Both the position numbers and the translations under genes were made by a program. From contig CM059432.1 of assembly GCA_030390025.1 (NCBI GenBank), positions 13,516,001 through 13,580,000 of the forward strand: a stretch of 64,000 nucleotides of DNA. Reading direction: 5' to 3'. The notes under the pieces are model-generated. The model saw only the letters and a program-made list of their open reading frames with translations, searched no databases and was not told the origin of the DNA. Origin of the DNA: Squalus acanthias (taxonomy: Eukaryota). This document shows, piece after piece, positions 40,067 through 52,560 of this stretch; the first letter of the stretch is position 1, and every line of letters starts with the position of its first letter.

Positions 40067-41089
40067 CTGAAGAAGAAAGGACAGCGATTAGTACATGTTC
40101 TCCATGTGCTTTTGCTTTTTTCCCCCTCCTCTCCTGAAGATACAGGCTCACACTTGGATTTGGTTCCACAAGCACCAGTCATCCTCGGGTACCTCGCCAA
40201 GTGGCCACCCCTACATCTACACCTAAATGGAAAATGCCCAAGTTTCCATCTCCATAAAGACAGCACCTAGTAAATGACATTTTGCTGTCAGTTGTGGACA
40301 AAATGACAAAGCACTAGAAGGTAGTGTATAGAATGCATGTCAATAATAATTAGCAGGCTCATAAACCTCCACATAATGCCTTTTCCATGATAAAGTAGTT
40401 GTGCTTCACAGACGTTGTCTTCTATAATAAAGGCTGGCGAAAATGTGTAATTCACACACAGTTCAAAACTGAGAACAAACTCATATCTTCATCAGGGGAA
40501 ACTCTGTACTGCCCTTACAGGATTGAATGTCCACATTGATAACTGTGCTGTGAGCAGTGGGAGGAAAACAAACCCATGGTGGGTCCTCCATAATGTCCCT
40601 GGACTACATCCATCAAGAGACCAGACAGTATTCTGCAAACCGAAGGACAACTCAACAACAGGCCATTCAAAAATGTCAATGTCACTGTACAGTCTGGTAA
40701 CACCCAGGTGCACAGTGATATACAGTGTGAAATCTGGCTGGGTGTAACTGGTTTTCTCGTGAATCTGGACCCTGTAGATAATTCTTTGAATAATAGACAT
40801 TCGTCCAGTCTAAGAATCAGTGCCTCCAGGATGGGGACAAGAAAATAAATTGTGCTGGTATTGTTAAAACCTGCTCCTATTGTGAAGCAACACTGATGCC
40901 CATGCACCATTTGAAGCTCAGAATATGCCTTACTTCAGTTATTAAGATCTGCTTTTAGTTCAATTTTGGTAGCCATACATTGTGAACGATGGTGGCGATT
41001 CCTTCTCTCTCTCTCACCAAAACCTCCCCATCTGGCTATACCTTCCATTACTTTTATCTATTACCAGAATTGGCTCAGCTGCATCATAA

Positions 41090-41490
41090 CCACTGCTCCC
41101 ATTTTTTCCCCAGACAGCAGGTACTGGTAATGGTTCTGCTGTTGCCATTTATACCTCCTCTAGACCCATCTTTTGTTGCTTCACTTGTTCCATTACCACC
41201 CACTTTTGACTTGCACCATCATCCCTTTTGTCATTTATTTTCTCCTGCCTTCCACCCTATCACAGGCCATCCCTTTTGTTCTTTCCTTCCCGCCGCCCCC
41301 GTCTTTCCCTGCCTCTGCACTTGCTTAAAAACTGTTACATCTCCAACTTTTTCCACTTCTGGCAAAAAGTAATCGACCAGAAATGTTAACTGTTTCACTC
41401 TCCACAGATGCTGCCTGACCTGCTCAGTATTTCCAGCATTTTCTGTTTTTATTTCAGATTTCCAGTATCCACAGTATTTTGCTTTTGCAT
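41090..41490 (+). mobile_element. Penelope-like 3' region copy (related copies ~50450-50790 + and ~56570-56692 -)
   Basis: Shared pyrimidine-rich block followed by the ...gaaatgttaactg...ccacagatgctgcctgacctgct...ccagcattttctg module. Confidence 0.65.
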
Positions 41491-43257
41491 GTCAAGATTA
41501 CTTTGCCTCACTTACTCCAGCCTAATGACAATCCAAAGTTCCTTCTCTCTGTGACTAACCACTTCCTCAAACCAATTTCCCCTACCCTTTTCACCTCACA
41601 CCAAGTGCAAAAATCTCAGATTTTTGTCTCTTAAGATGGAGGCAATCAGTGCAGCTGTTGCTACTGTTACCTCCCTTTCTTTCCCTGCCACTCCTGACTT
41701 CTCCACAACCCCACCCACTCTAGCTCTGATCCCATTGTGCTCTGTTTCTTCACCACGAGACGCACCCCCTGGAGTAGGATAGCTTTGTCCACTGTATCAA
41801 ACACTGAAGAGGTAGAGAGGACAAGGAGGAAAAACCATGGTCAGTCATAGAGAATGTCAATCGTGACTTTGGCCAAGGCCATCTCAGTACTGTGAGCACG
41901 GTAGAAGCTAGAATGAAAGAATTTCAATAAAGAGCTTTGACCAAGATAGGCATGGATCAATCCATGTTCTCCAACTGCTGCCCCACCTCTAACTTCCTTT
42001 TCCTCTGTAAAGTCATCAAATACACTTTTGCCTCCCAGCTCTGAACCCATCTCACTCAAAATTCACAATTCAAATCCCTCCAGTCTGGCTTCTCTCCTGC
42101 GCACAGCACTGAAATGGTACTGGCACAAATGACATCCTCTATGACAATGACCGCAGTCCATTATCACTACGTATCTTCCTCCAACCTTTCATATCATGGA
42201 TGATGCCACCCTCCTTCACCGCTTCTCCTCCATTGCCCGATTTCACAGAACTGCCCAAGAGCATTCAGAAATGGTTTCTTCCATCACCCCTGGAGGGTCA
42301 TCTCTAGATGGTACAGGGAGTTCGCTCCCTGTCCTCCAGCATATTAAATTTAAACTCATCTTCAAATCTCTCTAAAATCTTATCCCACCCTATCTCTGCA
42401 ACCACCTCCAGGCCTCATATCTCCTCTGACATCCTTTAGTTCTCAAATTCTGGCCTTTTGTGCATTTTCTCTCCCATCCTAACCAGTCCACAATTGGTGG
42501 CAGAGCCTTCAGTCACCATGAACCTACTCCCTCCCTAAACCTTCATCGCCCCACTTCTCGCTCCTCCTTTAAAAGCCTTCTGACTAATTTTTCAACCAAG
42601 CTCATCACACCTCTTAATCTATCCCTCCATGGTGTCCTTAGTCCCTATCTTTCTCCACTTGTAAAGCACCTTAGGATGCTTTATGTTAAAGGCACTATGC
42701 AAATATAAGCTGTTGTGCCGAGTATAGTGAAACTTAATGAGTAAAGCATTCTAACTGCCCTTAACACTCAGATCATAACCCACTTATAACTAAAATAATC
42801 ACATGCACCAAAAGTTCCTCCTAAATCCCCAGTGTCCTGGCCAATATTTATGAGCAGCAGAACTCATCATCAAGTGTATGTGTGCATTGTTATCATTTGC
42901 CTGAACACAGCACACCCAATGAATTCAAGGATTAAAAGTGGGAGATAAACAAGTGTAAAACTTGTAATCCCACAAAGAAGGTGCTGAGTAGTGGCACTTC
43001 CCCTACGGGCAGATAAACCACAGCCCCACGTCATGTATTTTGCTACTATTGGATGAAGAGCAGCTCCCCAACCCAATTATTTGCCTGGGGAATGTGGTAC
43101 AGGTAGACCAAAAAGGGAGAACACAAAATTGGGCAATAGGAGGAAGAAAAGGAAAAATACCAACATGACTGAGTGGAACTACACATTTCTTAATTCAGAG
43201 TATAGTCTGTAACAATTTTAATAACTGACTGAAATATACTTGTGCCACATTCAGTAC

Positions 43258-43607
43258 CTGAACAGTAGGGCTAAGAACAATAGAAATATTCTGGATGTTC
43301 ATTTTTGTTTCACTTTCTTTTTCAATCACATGGTCCATATGGATGACAAGCCAAGAAAAGAGGAGGTAATTGGATGCAGGCAGTTCCTTTAGGAGACGCT
43401 GGCACTCCTGGACTTTTTCACTATCCGAGCCTTTTCCGCATGCATCCTCAAACCGCGTCATGAGTTCCTTGGTAAGAACATTTTCAGGAAGCTCACGGAG
43501 GTATTGTTTCAGTAGGCTGGCCACAGTGTTTGCATCATATTCCTCCAGATTTGGAGACTCTTCACGATCATATACAACTTTCAGCTCATCAACTTTTGAT
43601 TTGGTAC
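43258..43607 (-). CDS. RALBP1: RALBP1 exon 4 (RhoGAP domain)
   Basis: catag| acceptor; (G)TKSKVDELKVVYDREE...VASLLKQYLRELPE...KMNIQNISIVLSPTVQ; donor CAG|GTACTG; 350 nt. Confidence 0.96.
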
Positions 43608-45687
43608 CTATGTGAGGAATAGCAAATAAAAAACAGAATATTCACTCAATTATTTTAACAAAAGTTAACTCCACACACTGGTAAAATGTAGTAACCTAAT
43701 AAACAGAAGTCTATCTATATCATAACTTTTTGTTAACAGATTCTCTTATTGAGGTGAGTAATACAAAATGTTCCTGAAGGACTGCATGGCATAATGGATG
43801 GGAACATTGCCTTTCACCTCAGACAAGTTAGAATCCAGTCCAGACTGATGGAATGAAAGTCTCCTGTTTACAGGCTGCAAAGGTCCAACATGAGAGTTTG
43901 AACAGCATCAACCCAGCTCTTAATTAGGTATAATACAGCACAAAACAGCCCCAATCACATTCAAAGAGGCACAAGGATGCTTATTGTGGAAAATGGAGTT
44001 ACACGTGTTAAAGTAGGGAGCCTTAACTGAGGTGGGGAAACAAAACAAATTGTTGGGGCAGAGAAGAGAAACTGTAATTTATCATGAAATGTGAACTAAA
44101 AACAGAAAACTACTTTGAATTCTTGGAAATAGATGGCGTATCCGAGCTGGGAACTGATGTGGACATGGTTTGCCTGAAAGGGAGAAGTGTTATATTTCCC
44201 AATACTGGCAATCGCATCAGATACCTATAAAAATCTGGGGAAACAGAAAAGAAAAAACTCCCTATATAATTTAAGTGAAAATGGTTTGCAAATTTACTAT
44301 CCTGTAGATCTTCCTAATTTTGGCACTGCTTTCCTTACACACCGGTGGTAGCAGACTGTGCGAGGAGACTGCAGTAACAGTTAAAGGAGCATCAGCAATG
44401 GTCCCATAAGGAATCCCACACATTAGCCTCCTTTCCAGTTCTGGAGATTGTTTAACTTCAGAGAAATCCAATTGGGAAGTAAAAAAAAACTTCCAAAAGA
44501 ACTAATGAATAAATAATGTTAGGTTACATAAGTAACTTAAAATTTGTACAATATACCTTTTGAAAAAAAGAGTTCCTTTAGATTGGAAAATTGCACATCT
44601 CACTCCGCTATTTAAAAATGGAGAGAGGGTAAAACCAGGGAATTACAGACCAGTTAGCCTTACATCTGTTGTCGAGAAATTGCTAGTCTATAATTAAAGG
44701 ATGGGGTGACTGAACACCTCGAAAACTTTCAGTTGATCAGAGAGAGCCAGCATGGATTTGTGAAAGGTAGGTCATGCCTGAAACATGATTGAATTTTTTT
44801 TTGAAGAGATGACTAAAATAGTGGACAGGGGAATGTCTATGGATGTTATTTATATGGACTTCCAAAAGGCATTTGATAAAGTCCCACATAAGAGAGAACT
44901 AAGGTAGAAGCCCATGGAGTTGAGGAAAAATTATTGACCTGGTTAGGAAACTGGCTGAGTGGCAGGTAACAGGCAGTAGGGATAATGGGTAGGTACTCAA
45001 ATTGGCAGGAGGTGACTAGTAGTGTCCCGCAGGGATCTATTTTGGGGCCTCAACTATTCACAATATTTATTGACTTAGATGATGGGATAGAAAGTCATAT
45101 ATCCAAATTTGCCGATGACACAAAGATAGGTGGAATTGTAAGCAGTGTAGATGGAAGCATAAAATTACAAAGGGATATCAACAGATTAAGTGAATGGGCA
45201 AAACTATGACAAATGGATTTCAAAAGGATAGAACAGGGTACTTTCTAAATAGTGAAAGGCTAAAAACAGTGGAGGTCCAAAGAGACTTGGGGGTCCAAGT
45301 ACATAGATCATTAAAATGTCATGAACAGGTACAGAAAATAATCGAAAAGGCTAATGGAATGCTGGCCTTTATATCTAAAGGACTAGAATACAAGGGGGTA
45401 GAAGTTATGCGGCGGACCTGGGTGGAGCAACAGCGGCGAGGCGGCGGCGGTAAAAGGCGGCAGCGACCAGGTAGGCTTTCACCAAGCCGAGAGCAGGAGA
45501 GAGGTAAAATAAAATCGAAGTGTGACGTCACCAGAAAGCAGGTAAGTGATTGGTTGGTGAGTATTTCTCTTTTTTTTTTTATACAAAACTTCAATTTTAT
45601 TGTTTCTCGGGTATCTGTGGTGTAGCAGAGACTGCTGGCATAAATTAACTGAAGGGTAAATAATACATTTTAAATTAATTACATAGA

Positions 45688-46644
45688 ATGGGAGAGCAGG
45701 TGATGTGTTACTGCTGCAATATGTGGGAGCTGGTGGACACCATTGATGTTCACGGTGAACACATTTGCAGTAAGTGTTGGCTGCTCGAGGAACTCCGGCT
45801 CCGTGTTGATGAGCTGGAGTCCGAGCTTCAAACACTGCGACACATCAGGGAGGGGGAGAGTTACCTGGACTCCGTGTTTCAGGAGGTAGTCACACCAATT
45901 AGAGTAACTAATTCAGAAGTAGCCCGTGGTCAGGGACAGGAAGGTGTGACTACGAGTGAGGCAGGTACAGGGATCCAGGAGGTAGTGTTGGAGGAGCCGC
46001 AGCCCTTGCTCTTGTCCAACAGGTTCGAGGCTCTTACTCCCTGTGTGGATAGGAGCGGGGACTGCAGGGAGGATGAGCAACCTGGCCACAGCACCGTGGT
46101 AAGGGGGGCCATTCAAGTGGGGGGAGTAAAAAGAAATGTTGTAGTGGTAGGGGATAGTATCATTAGGGGGATAGATAGGGTTCTTTGCAGCCAAGAGCGA
46201 GAGTCCCGAAGGCTGTGTTGCCTGCCCGGTGCCAGGGTTAAGGACATCTCCTCTGGGCTGGAGAGAAACTTGGAGTGGGAGGGGGAGGATCCAGTTGTCG
46301 TGGTCCATGTTGGTACCAATGACATAGATAGGACAAGGAAAGAGGTTCTGCTGAGGGAGTTTGAGCAGCTAGGGGCCAAATTAAAAAGCAGAACCTCGAG
46401 GGTAATAATCTCTGGATTACTACCTGAGCCACGAGCAAATTTGGCTAGGGTAAATAAAATCAGGGAGTTGAATGCGTGGCTCAAAGACTGGTGTGGGAAA
46501 AATGGGTTTTGCTTCTTGGGACACTGGCACCAGTACTGGGGCAGGAGAGAGCTGTTCCGTTGGGACGGACTTCACTTGGCTAGTGCTGGGACTAGTGTCC
46601 TGGCGAATCGAATAACTAGGGCTGTGGAGAGGGCTTTAAACTAA
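45688..46644 (+). CDS. CR1 ORF1p: Cys/His knuckle + coiled coil + SGNH esterase-like domain (318 aa)
   Basis: CYCCNMW...HICSKC, LRLRVDELESELQTL, VVVGDSIIRG, HVGTND, DGLHL. Confidence 0.9.
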   Translation: MGEQVMCYCCNMWELVDTIDVHGEHICSKCWLLEELRLRVDELESELQTLRHIREGESYLDSVFQEVVTPIRVTNSEVARGQGQEGVTTSEAGTGIQEVVLEEPQPLLLSNRFEALTPCVDRSGDCREDEQPGHSTVVRGAIQVGGVKRNVVVVGDSIIRGIDRVLCSQERESRRLCCLPGARVKDISSGLERNLEWEGEDPVVVVHVGTNDIDRTRKEVLLREFEQLGAKLKSRTSRVIISGLLPEPRANLARVNKIRELNAWLKDWCGKNGFCFLGHWHQYWGRRELFRWDGLHLASAGTSVLANRITRAVERALN

Positions 46645-46682
46645 TTAGTGGGGGGGAGGTTTCAAGAGAGCAAAAAATAAAA

Positions 46683-49634
46683 ATGACAACAGAGAGGGTC
46701 ATAGACATAGGTAGCAGTAGGGGAATCACAAATCAGAGCGTGGCAGGAAGGGACAGAGTGTGTGGAGTAAAAGGTAAACTGGTAAAAAGTGAAAAAGCAG
46801 GAACTAAGTGCCACAAAGCATATTTGAAAGTTCTCTATCTGAATGCACGTAGCATTCGTAACAAAATAGACGAGTTAATGGCACAAATAACTACATATGG
46901 TTATGATATTGTGGCCATTACAGAAACATGGCTGCAGGGTGACAATGCCTGGGAATTAAACATACCAGGTTATTTAACGATCAGGAAGGACAGGCAGGAA
47001 GGAAGGGGAGGTGGGGTGGCTATGTTAATAAAGGAAGGAATCACTGTAATACAGAGTAATGATATTGGGTCAAAAAATCATGATAATGAAACAGTTTGGG
47101 TGGAGATAAGGAATAATAAGGGGAAAAAAACATTAGTGGGCGTAGTCTATAGGCCTCCGAACAGTTGCAACTCTATTGGACGGAGTATCAATCAGGAAAT
47201 AGTTGAGGCATGTAATAAGGGAACATCTATAATTATGGGGGATTTTAACTATCATATTAATTGGACAAATCAAATGGGGCAGGGCTGCCTTGAGGATGAG
47301 TTCATTGAGTGTATTAGGGATGGGTTTCTTGAGCAGTATGTAACTGAACCGACCAGGGGGCAAGCAACCTTAGATCTGGTCCTGTGTAACGAGACAGGAT
47401 TAATTAAAAATGTCCTAGTAAAGGATCCCCTTGGAATGAGTGACCATAACATGGTTGAATTCCATATTCAATTAGAGGGTGAGAAGGTTGGATCTCAAAC
47501 AAGCGTGCTAAGCTTGAATAAAGGAGACTATGAAGGTATGCGAGCGGAATTGAGTAGAGTGGATTGGGAAAATAGATTAAAGGGTAAGACGACACATGAT
47601 CAGTGGTGTACATTCAAGGAGTTATTTTACAACTTCCAAAAAATATATATTCCACTGAAAAGAAAAGGGTGTAAAAGAAAGGACAGTCATCCGTGGCTAA
47701 GTAAAGAAATTAAGGATAGTATTCGACTAAAAACAAGGGCATATAAGGTAGCGAAATCTAGTGGGAGGACAGAGGATTGGGAAAACTTTAAAAGGCAGCA
47801 AAAAATAACAAAAAGATTGATTAAGAAAGGGAAGATAGATTATGAAAGTAAATTAGCAAAAAATATAAAAACAGATAGTAAGAGTTTTTATAGTTATATA
47901 AAAAGAAAAAGGGTGGCTAAAGTAAATGTTGGTCCCTTAGAGGATGAGACCGGGAAATTAATGGTGGGAAATATGGAGATGGCAAAAACACTGAATGAAT
48001 ATTTTGTATCAGTCTTTACAGTAGAGGACACTAAGAATATCCCAACACTGGACAAACAGGGGGCTATAGGGGGAGAGGAGCTAAACACGATCAAAATCAC
48101 TAAGGAAGTGGTACTCGGTAAAATAATGGGACTCAAGGCGGATAAATCACCTGGACCTGATGGCTTACATCCTAGAGTCTTGAAGGAAGTGGCGGTAGGG
48201 ATTGTAGATGCATTGGTAATAATTTTTCAAAACTCCCTGGATTCCGCTAAGGTCCCGGCAGACTGGAAAACTGCTAATGTAACACCCTTATTTAAAAAGG
48301 GCAGTAGACAGAAGGCTGGTAACTATAGACCGGTTAGCCTAACATCTGTGGTAGGTAAAATTTTGGAGTCCATTATTAAGGAAACAGTAACAGGACATTT
48401 GGATAATCATAATTTAATAGGACAAAGTCAGCATGGTTTTACGAAGGGGAAGTCATGTTTGACAAATTTGCTGGAGTTCTTTGAGGAAGTAACATATAGA
48501 GTGGATAAAGGGGAACCAGTGGACATAGTGTATTTAGACTTCCAAAAGGCATTTGACAAGGTGCCACACAAAAGATTATTGCTTAAGGTAAAAAATCACG
48601 GGATTGGGGGTAATATTCTGGCATGGATAGAGGATTGGCTATCTAACAGAAAGCAAAGAGTTGGGATAAATGGTTCATTCTCAGACTGGCAATCAGTAAC
48701 TAGTGGTGTTCCACAGGGGTCAGTGCTGGGTCCCCAACTCTTCACAATCTATATTAACGATTTGGAGGAAGGGACCAAGTGTAACATATCAAAATTTGCA
48801 GATGATACAAAGATGGGAGGGAAAGTAGTGAGTGAGGAGGACATAAAAAACCTGCAAGGGGACATAGACAGGCTAAGTAAGTGGGCAGAGATTTGGCAGA
48901 TGGAATACAACACTGGAAAGTGTGAGGTGATGCACTTTGGCAGGAAAAATCCTAGAGCAATTTATTATCTTAATGGCAAGAAACTGGAGAGTACTGAAGT
49001 GCAAAGGGATCTGGGGGTCCTGGTGCACGAAACTCAAAAGGTTAGTATGCAGGTGCAGCAAGTGATTAAGAAGGCAAATGGAATGTTGGCTTTCATTGCT
49101 AGGGGGATAGAATATAAAAATAGGGAGGTATTGCTTCAGTTGTACAAGGTATTGGTGAGACCGCACCTGGAATACTGCATACAGTTTTGGTGTCCTTACT
49201 TAAGGAAAGACATCCTTGCTCTCGAGGCAGTGCAAAAAAGGTTCACTCGGTTAATCCCGGGGATGAGGGGGTGGTCATATGAGGAGAGGTTGGGTAGATT
49301 GGGACTCTACTCATTGGAGTTCAGAAGAATGAGAGGCGATCTTATTGAAACATATAAGATTGTGAAGGGGTTGGATCGGGTGGATGCGGGGAGGATGTTC
49401 CCGATGACGGGTGAGATGAGAACTAGGGGACATAGTCTTAGAATAAGGGGCTGCTCTTTCAAAACTGAGATGAGGAGGAACTACTTCACTCAGAGGGTGG
49501 TAGGTCCATGGAATATGCTGCCACAAAAAGCTGTAGAAGCTACAACATTAATTAAATTTAAAACAGAAATAGACAGTTTCCTAGAAGTAAAGGGCATTAA
49601 GGGTTACGGGGAGCGGGCAGGAATTTGGACATGA
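46683..49634 (+). CDS. CR1 ORF2p: APE endonuclease + reverse transcriptase (983 aa, uninterrupted)
   Basis: YLNARSI, ITETWL, GVVYRPP, MGDFN, SDHN (APE); [27 protein letters not shown] (RT). Confidence 0.95.
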   Translation: MTTERVIDIGSSRGITNQSVAGRDRVCGVKGKLVKSEKAGTKCHKAYLKVLYLNARSIRNKIDELMAQITTYGYDIVAITETWLQGDNAWELNIPGYLTIRKDRQEGRGGGVAMLIKEGITVIQSNDIGSKNHDNETVWVEIRNNKGKKTLVGVVYRPPNSCNSIGRSINQEIVEACNKGTSIIMGDFNYHINWTNQMGQGCLEDEFIECIRDGFLEQYVTEPTRGQATLDLVLCNETGLIKNVLVKDPLGMSDHNMVEFHIQLEGEKVGSQTSVLSLNKGDYEGMRAELSRVDWENRLKGKTTHDQWCTFKELFYNFQKIYIPLKRKGCKRKDSHPWLSKEIKDSIRLKTRAYKVAKSSGRTEDWENFKRQQKITKRLIKKGKIDYESKLAKNIKTDSKSFYSYIKRKRVAKVNVGPLEDETGKLMVGNMEMAKTLNEYFVSVFTVEDTKNIPTLDKQGAIGGEELNTIKITKEVVLGKIMGLKADKSPGPDGLHPRVLKEVAVGIVDALVIIFQNSLDSAKVPADWKTANVTPLFKKGSRQKAGNYRPVSLTSVVGKILESIIKETVTGHLDNHNLIGQSQHGFTKGKSCLTNLLEFFEEVTYRVDKGEPVDIVYLDFQKAFDKVPHKRLLLKVKNHGIGGNILAWIEDWLSNRKQRVGINGSFSDWQSVTSGVPQGSVLGPQLFTIYINDLEEGTKCNISKFADDTKMGGKVVSEEDIKNLQGDIDRLSKWAEIWQMEYNTGKCEVMHFGRKNPRAIYYLNGKKLESTEVQRDLGVLVHETQKVSMQVQQVIKKANGMLAFIARGIEYKNREVLLQLYKVLVRPHLEYCIQFWCPYLRKDILALEAVQKRFTRLIPGMRGWSYEERLGRLGLYSLEFRRMRGDLIETYKIVKGLDRVDAGRMFPMTGEMRTRGHSLRIRGCSFKTEMRRNYFTQRVVGPWNMLPQKAVEATTLIKFKTEIDSFLEVKGIKGYGERAGIWT

Positions 49635-51104
49635 GTCTAGGTTCGGATCGGTCATGGCCCTGTGGGTAGTGGAGCGGGCCCAGGGACTGTGTAGCCTGAT
49701 TCTGCTCCTATTTCGTGTGTGCAATTCTGTTAGATGCAGGAGATGGTTCTGTGATAGATAGTAGATTGGCGGTTAGGATCAGATCAGCCATGATCTTATT
49801 GAATGGCGGAGCAGGCTCGAGGGGCCGATTGGCCTACTCCTGCTCCTATTTCTTATGTTCTTATGCTGCAGCTATACAAAACCCTGTTTAGAACACACCT
49901 GGAGTACTGAGCGCAGTTCTGGGCACCACACCTTAGGAAGGATATATTTACCTTGGAGGGTGTGCAGTGTAAGTTTACCAGAATGATACCTGGACTTCAA
50001 GAGTTAAGTTATGGAGGAGAGATAGGGTAGATGGAGAGAAACTATTTCCGCTGGTTGGGGATTCTAGGACTAAGGGGCATAGTCTAAAAATTAGAGCCGG
50101 ACCTTTCAGGAGTGAAATTAGGAAACACTTCTACACACAAAGGGTGGTAGAAGTTTGGAACTCTCTTCTGCAAACGGCAGATGCTAGATCAATTGTTAAT
50201 TTTAAATCGGAGATTGATAGCTTTCTGTTAACCAAAGGTATTAAGGAATAGGGCCAAAGGCGGGTATATGGAGTTCGGTCAGCCATAATCTCATTGAATG
50301 GCGGAGCAGGCTCGAGGGGCTCAATGGCCTACTCCTGTTCCTGTGAGGCAGGAAAAGGGAGAAATTTACAGACTCTTTCCCCAGGTTGTTAAATGAGTTG
50401 AGTAAAAGCTCATGAAGCAGCCAATTGTACATAATCTGTGGAAAACCCCCTTCCAGACCATAACCTCTGCCCTTATTTTTTCCAGATGGCAGCTGTTGAA
50501 GATTCTGCTAGTCCCATTTACACCTCTTCTAGACTTTTGTTTCTTTACTTGTCCCATTACCATCTCCTTTTGCAATCATCCCTTTTGTCATTCAATCTCT
50601 CCTGCCTTCCAACCTATCACAGACCTTAACTTTTGTTCTTTCCTCCCCTCCTCGTCTTTCCCTGCCCCTGCACTTGCTTAAAACCTGTTACATCTGACGA
50701 AAGGTCATCGACCTGAAACGTTAACTCTGTTTCTCTCTGCACAGATGCTGTCTCACCTGCTGAGTATTCCCTGCAGTTTTTTGTTTTTAATCCCATTTCT
50801 TATTGCATGCTTTCATGTGCTCTTAAAGGCACATGTTCTCCTTCTTCCTAGCAAGTTGAGTAGTTAACAGTGATATGCTCGAGTCAACCTCAATTGTTTG
50901 TGAAAATCAAAAGAACCCAACACTCTGTTACACAGAAAAATCAGTGTTATTTTATATTTGTTATAGAATCATAGAATCTTACTGCACAGAAGGAAGCCAT
51001 TCGGCCCATCGTGCCTGTGTCAGCTCTTTGAAAGAGCTATCCAATTAGTCCCACTCCCCTGCTCTTTCCCCATAGCACTGCAAATTTTTCCTTTCAAGTG
51101 TTCG

Positions 51105-51555
51105 CTGTGGCTCAGTGGGTTGCACACTCGCCTCTGAGTCAGAAGGTTGTGGGTTCAAGTCCCACTCCAGGGACTTGAGCACATAAATCTAGGCTGACAC
51201 TCCAGTGCAGTGCTGAGGGAGTGCTGCACTGTCAGAGGTGTCGTCTTTCGGATGAGACGGTAAACCGAGGCCCCCTCTGCTCTCTCAGGTGGACGCATAA
51301 GATCCCATGGCATTATTTCGAAGAGATGGGGAGTTATCCCCAGTGTCCTGGCCAATATTTATCCCTCAATCAACATAACAAAAACAGATTATCTGGTCAT
51401 TATCACATTGCTGTTTGTGGGAGCTTGCTGTGTGTAAATTGGCTGCCGCGTTTCCCACATTACAACAGTGACTACACTCCAATTCATTGGCTGTAAAGCA
51501 CTTTGAGACGTCCAGTGGTCGTGAAAGGCGCTATATAAATGCAAGTCTTTCTTTC
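51105..51555 (+). mobile_element. tRNA-derived Deu-domain SINE (SacSINE1/AmnSINE1-like), full length
   Basis: A box tggctcagtgg, B box gggttcaagtc, central gtcctggccaatatttatccctc...cattgctgtttgtgggagcttgctg, tail gaaaggcgctatataaatgcaagtctttc; family name from recall. Confidence 0.8.
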
Positions 51556-52560
51556 TTTTCAAGTATCTATCCAATTTCCTTTTGAAAGTTATTGAATTCA
51601 GGCAGTGCATTCCAGATCAAAGCAACTCACTGTGTGAAATAAATTCTCATCTGCCCCTGGCTTTTTGCCAATTATCTTAAATCTGTGTCCTCTTGTTCCC
51701 GATCCTCCTGCCAATGGAAACTGTTTCTCCCTATCTCTCAAAACCCCTCATAATTTTGAACACATCTATTAGATCTCCCCTTAACCTTCTCTGCTCCAAG
51801 ACAGAGGACTGTCAATAGCAAATGCAGAGACACAAAAATCTAGATTTGTACCTCAGACTATGCTATAGATTGTCAAAATCTATCAGTGCAACTCAAGATG
51901 GCTTCTTTGACTTTGAGTATTACTTTCTCATAATCCCCAGGTCCACAGTTTTTCCTTCCCACACAGAATAACTAAGATGCTAGTCTGGCACCGCTAAAGA
52001 AAGGTTTGAAGTTTAGTTCACATTACCTAATAGGGAGCCATTAGACTGCCCTATTTCCTCATAATAGTTTCAATTAGATTGCACTGAATGTTTTTTTGTT
52101 ACAACAATCTTACACATGCTACATGGAAATAGGTCATAGTCAGCCATGAAATAGAATTTGTCTTGGACAGGTGATGGAGAACAAAATCAGGACACATTCT
52201 TCATTCAGGTCAACGAGAAAGAATACAAGCACAACTTCAATCAGAAAAATCTCAGCTCTGCCTCATGGTTGATGCAGAATAAATGACTTGGAATGCTAGA
52301 AATGCGTAGCAGGCCACTCAGCATCTGCCAGATGCTGAGTAAGTGTGGATTTAACCTAGATGTTAATTTTAGGACCAGGTATGTTGTCAGTTTGAGGGTG
52401 TAAAGTTTCACCTTACATAATAAGCACACTCCTTTATTCTTTCAACACTGCCCAGTTCTCCTTTTTCAAAAGTTGAGAGTACGAACGGTTTGGTTTTCTC
52501 ACAGCTAATTGAACTCTCAAAAGAAAGTACTGAACAGTCCAAAACAAGTGGAAACTGTAC

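Larger units (their letters stand above)
45411..49865 (+). mobile_element. Full-length intact CR1-clade LINE inserted in an older CR1 fragment, antisense in RALBP1 intron 3
   Basis: GC-rich 5'UTR, intact ORF1 and ORF2, 3' tail (TTCTTATG)x2; ttatgc duplicated at 45405-45410 and 49861-49866; the host CR1 reads through (gaagttatgc|tgcagctatac). Confidence 0.93.

Noticed and set aside
40492..40910. Overlapping 74-131 aa ORFs in intron 4
   Set aside because: No motif or family resemblance; compatible with chance ORFs or an unrecognised old repeat.
51105..51180. tRNA gene
   Set aside because: The A/B boxes belong to a SINE head that continues into the SINE body and tail; no complete cloverleaf.
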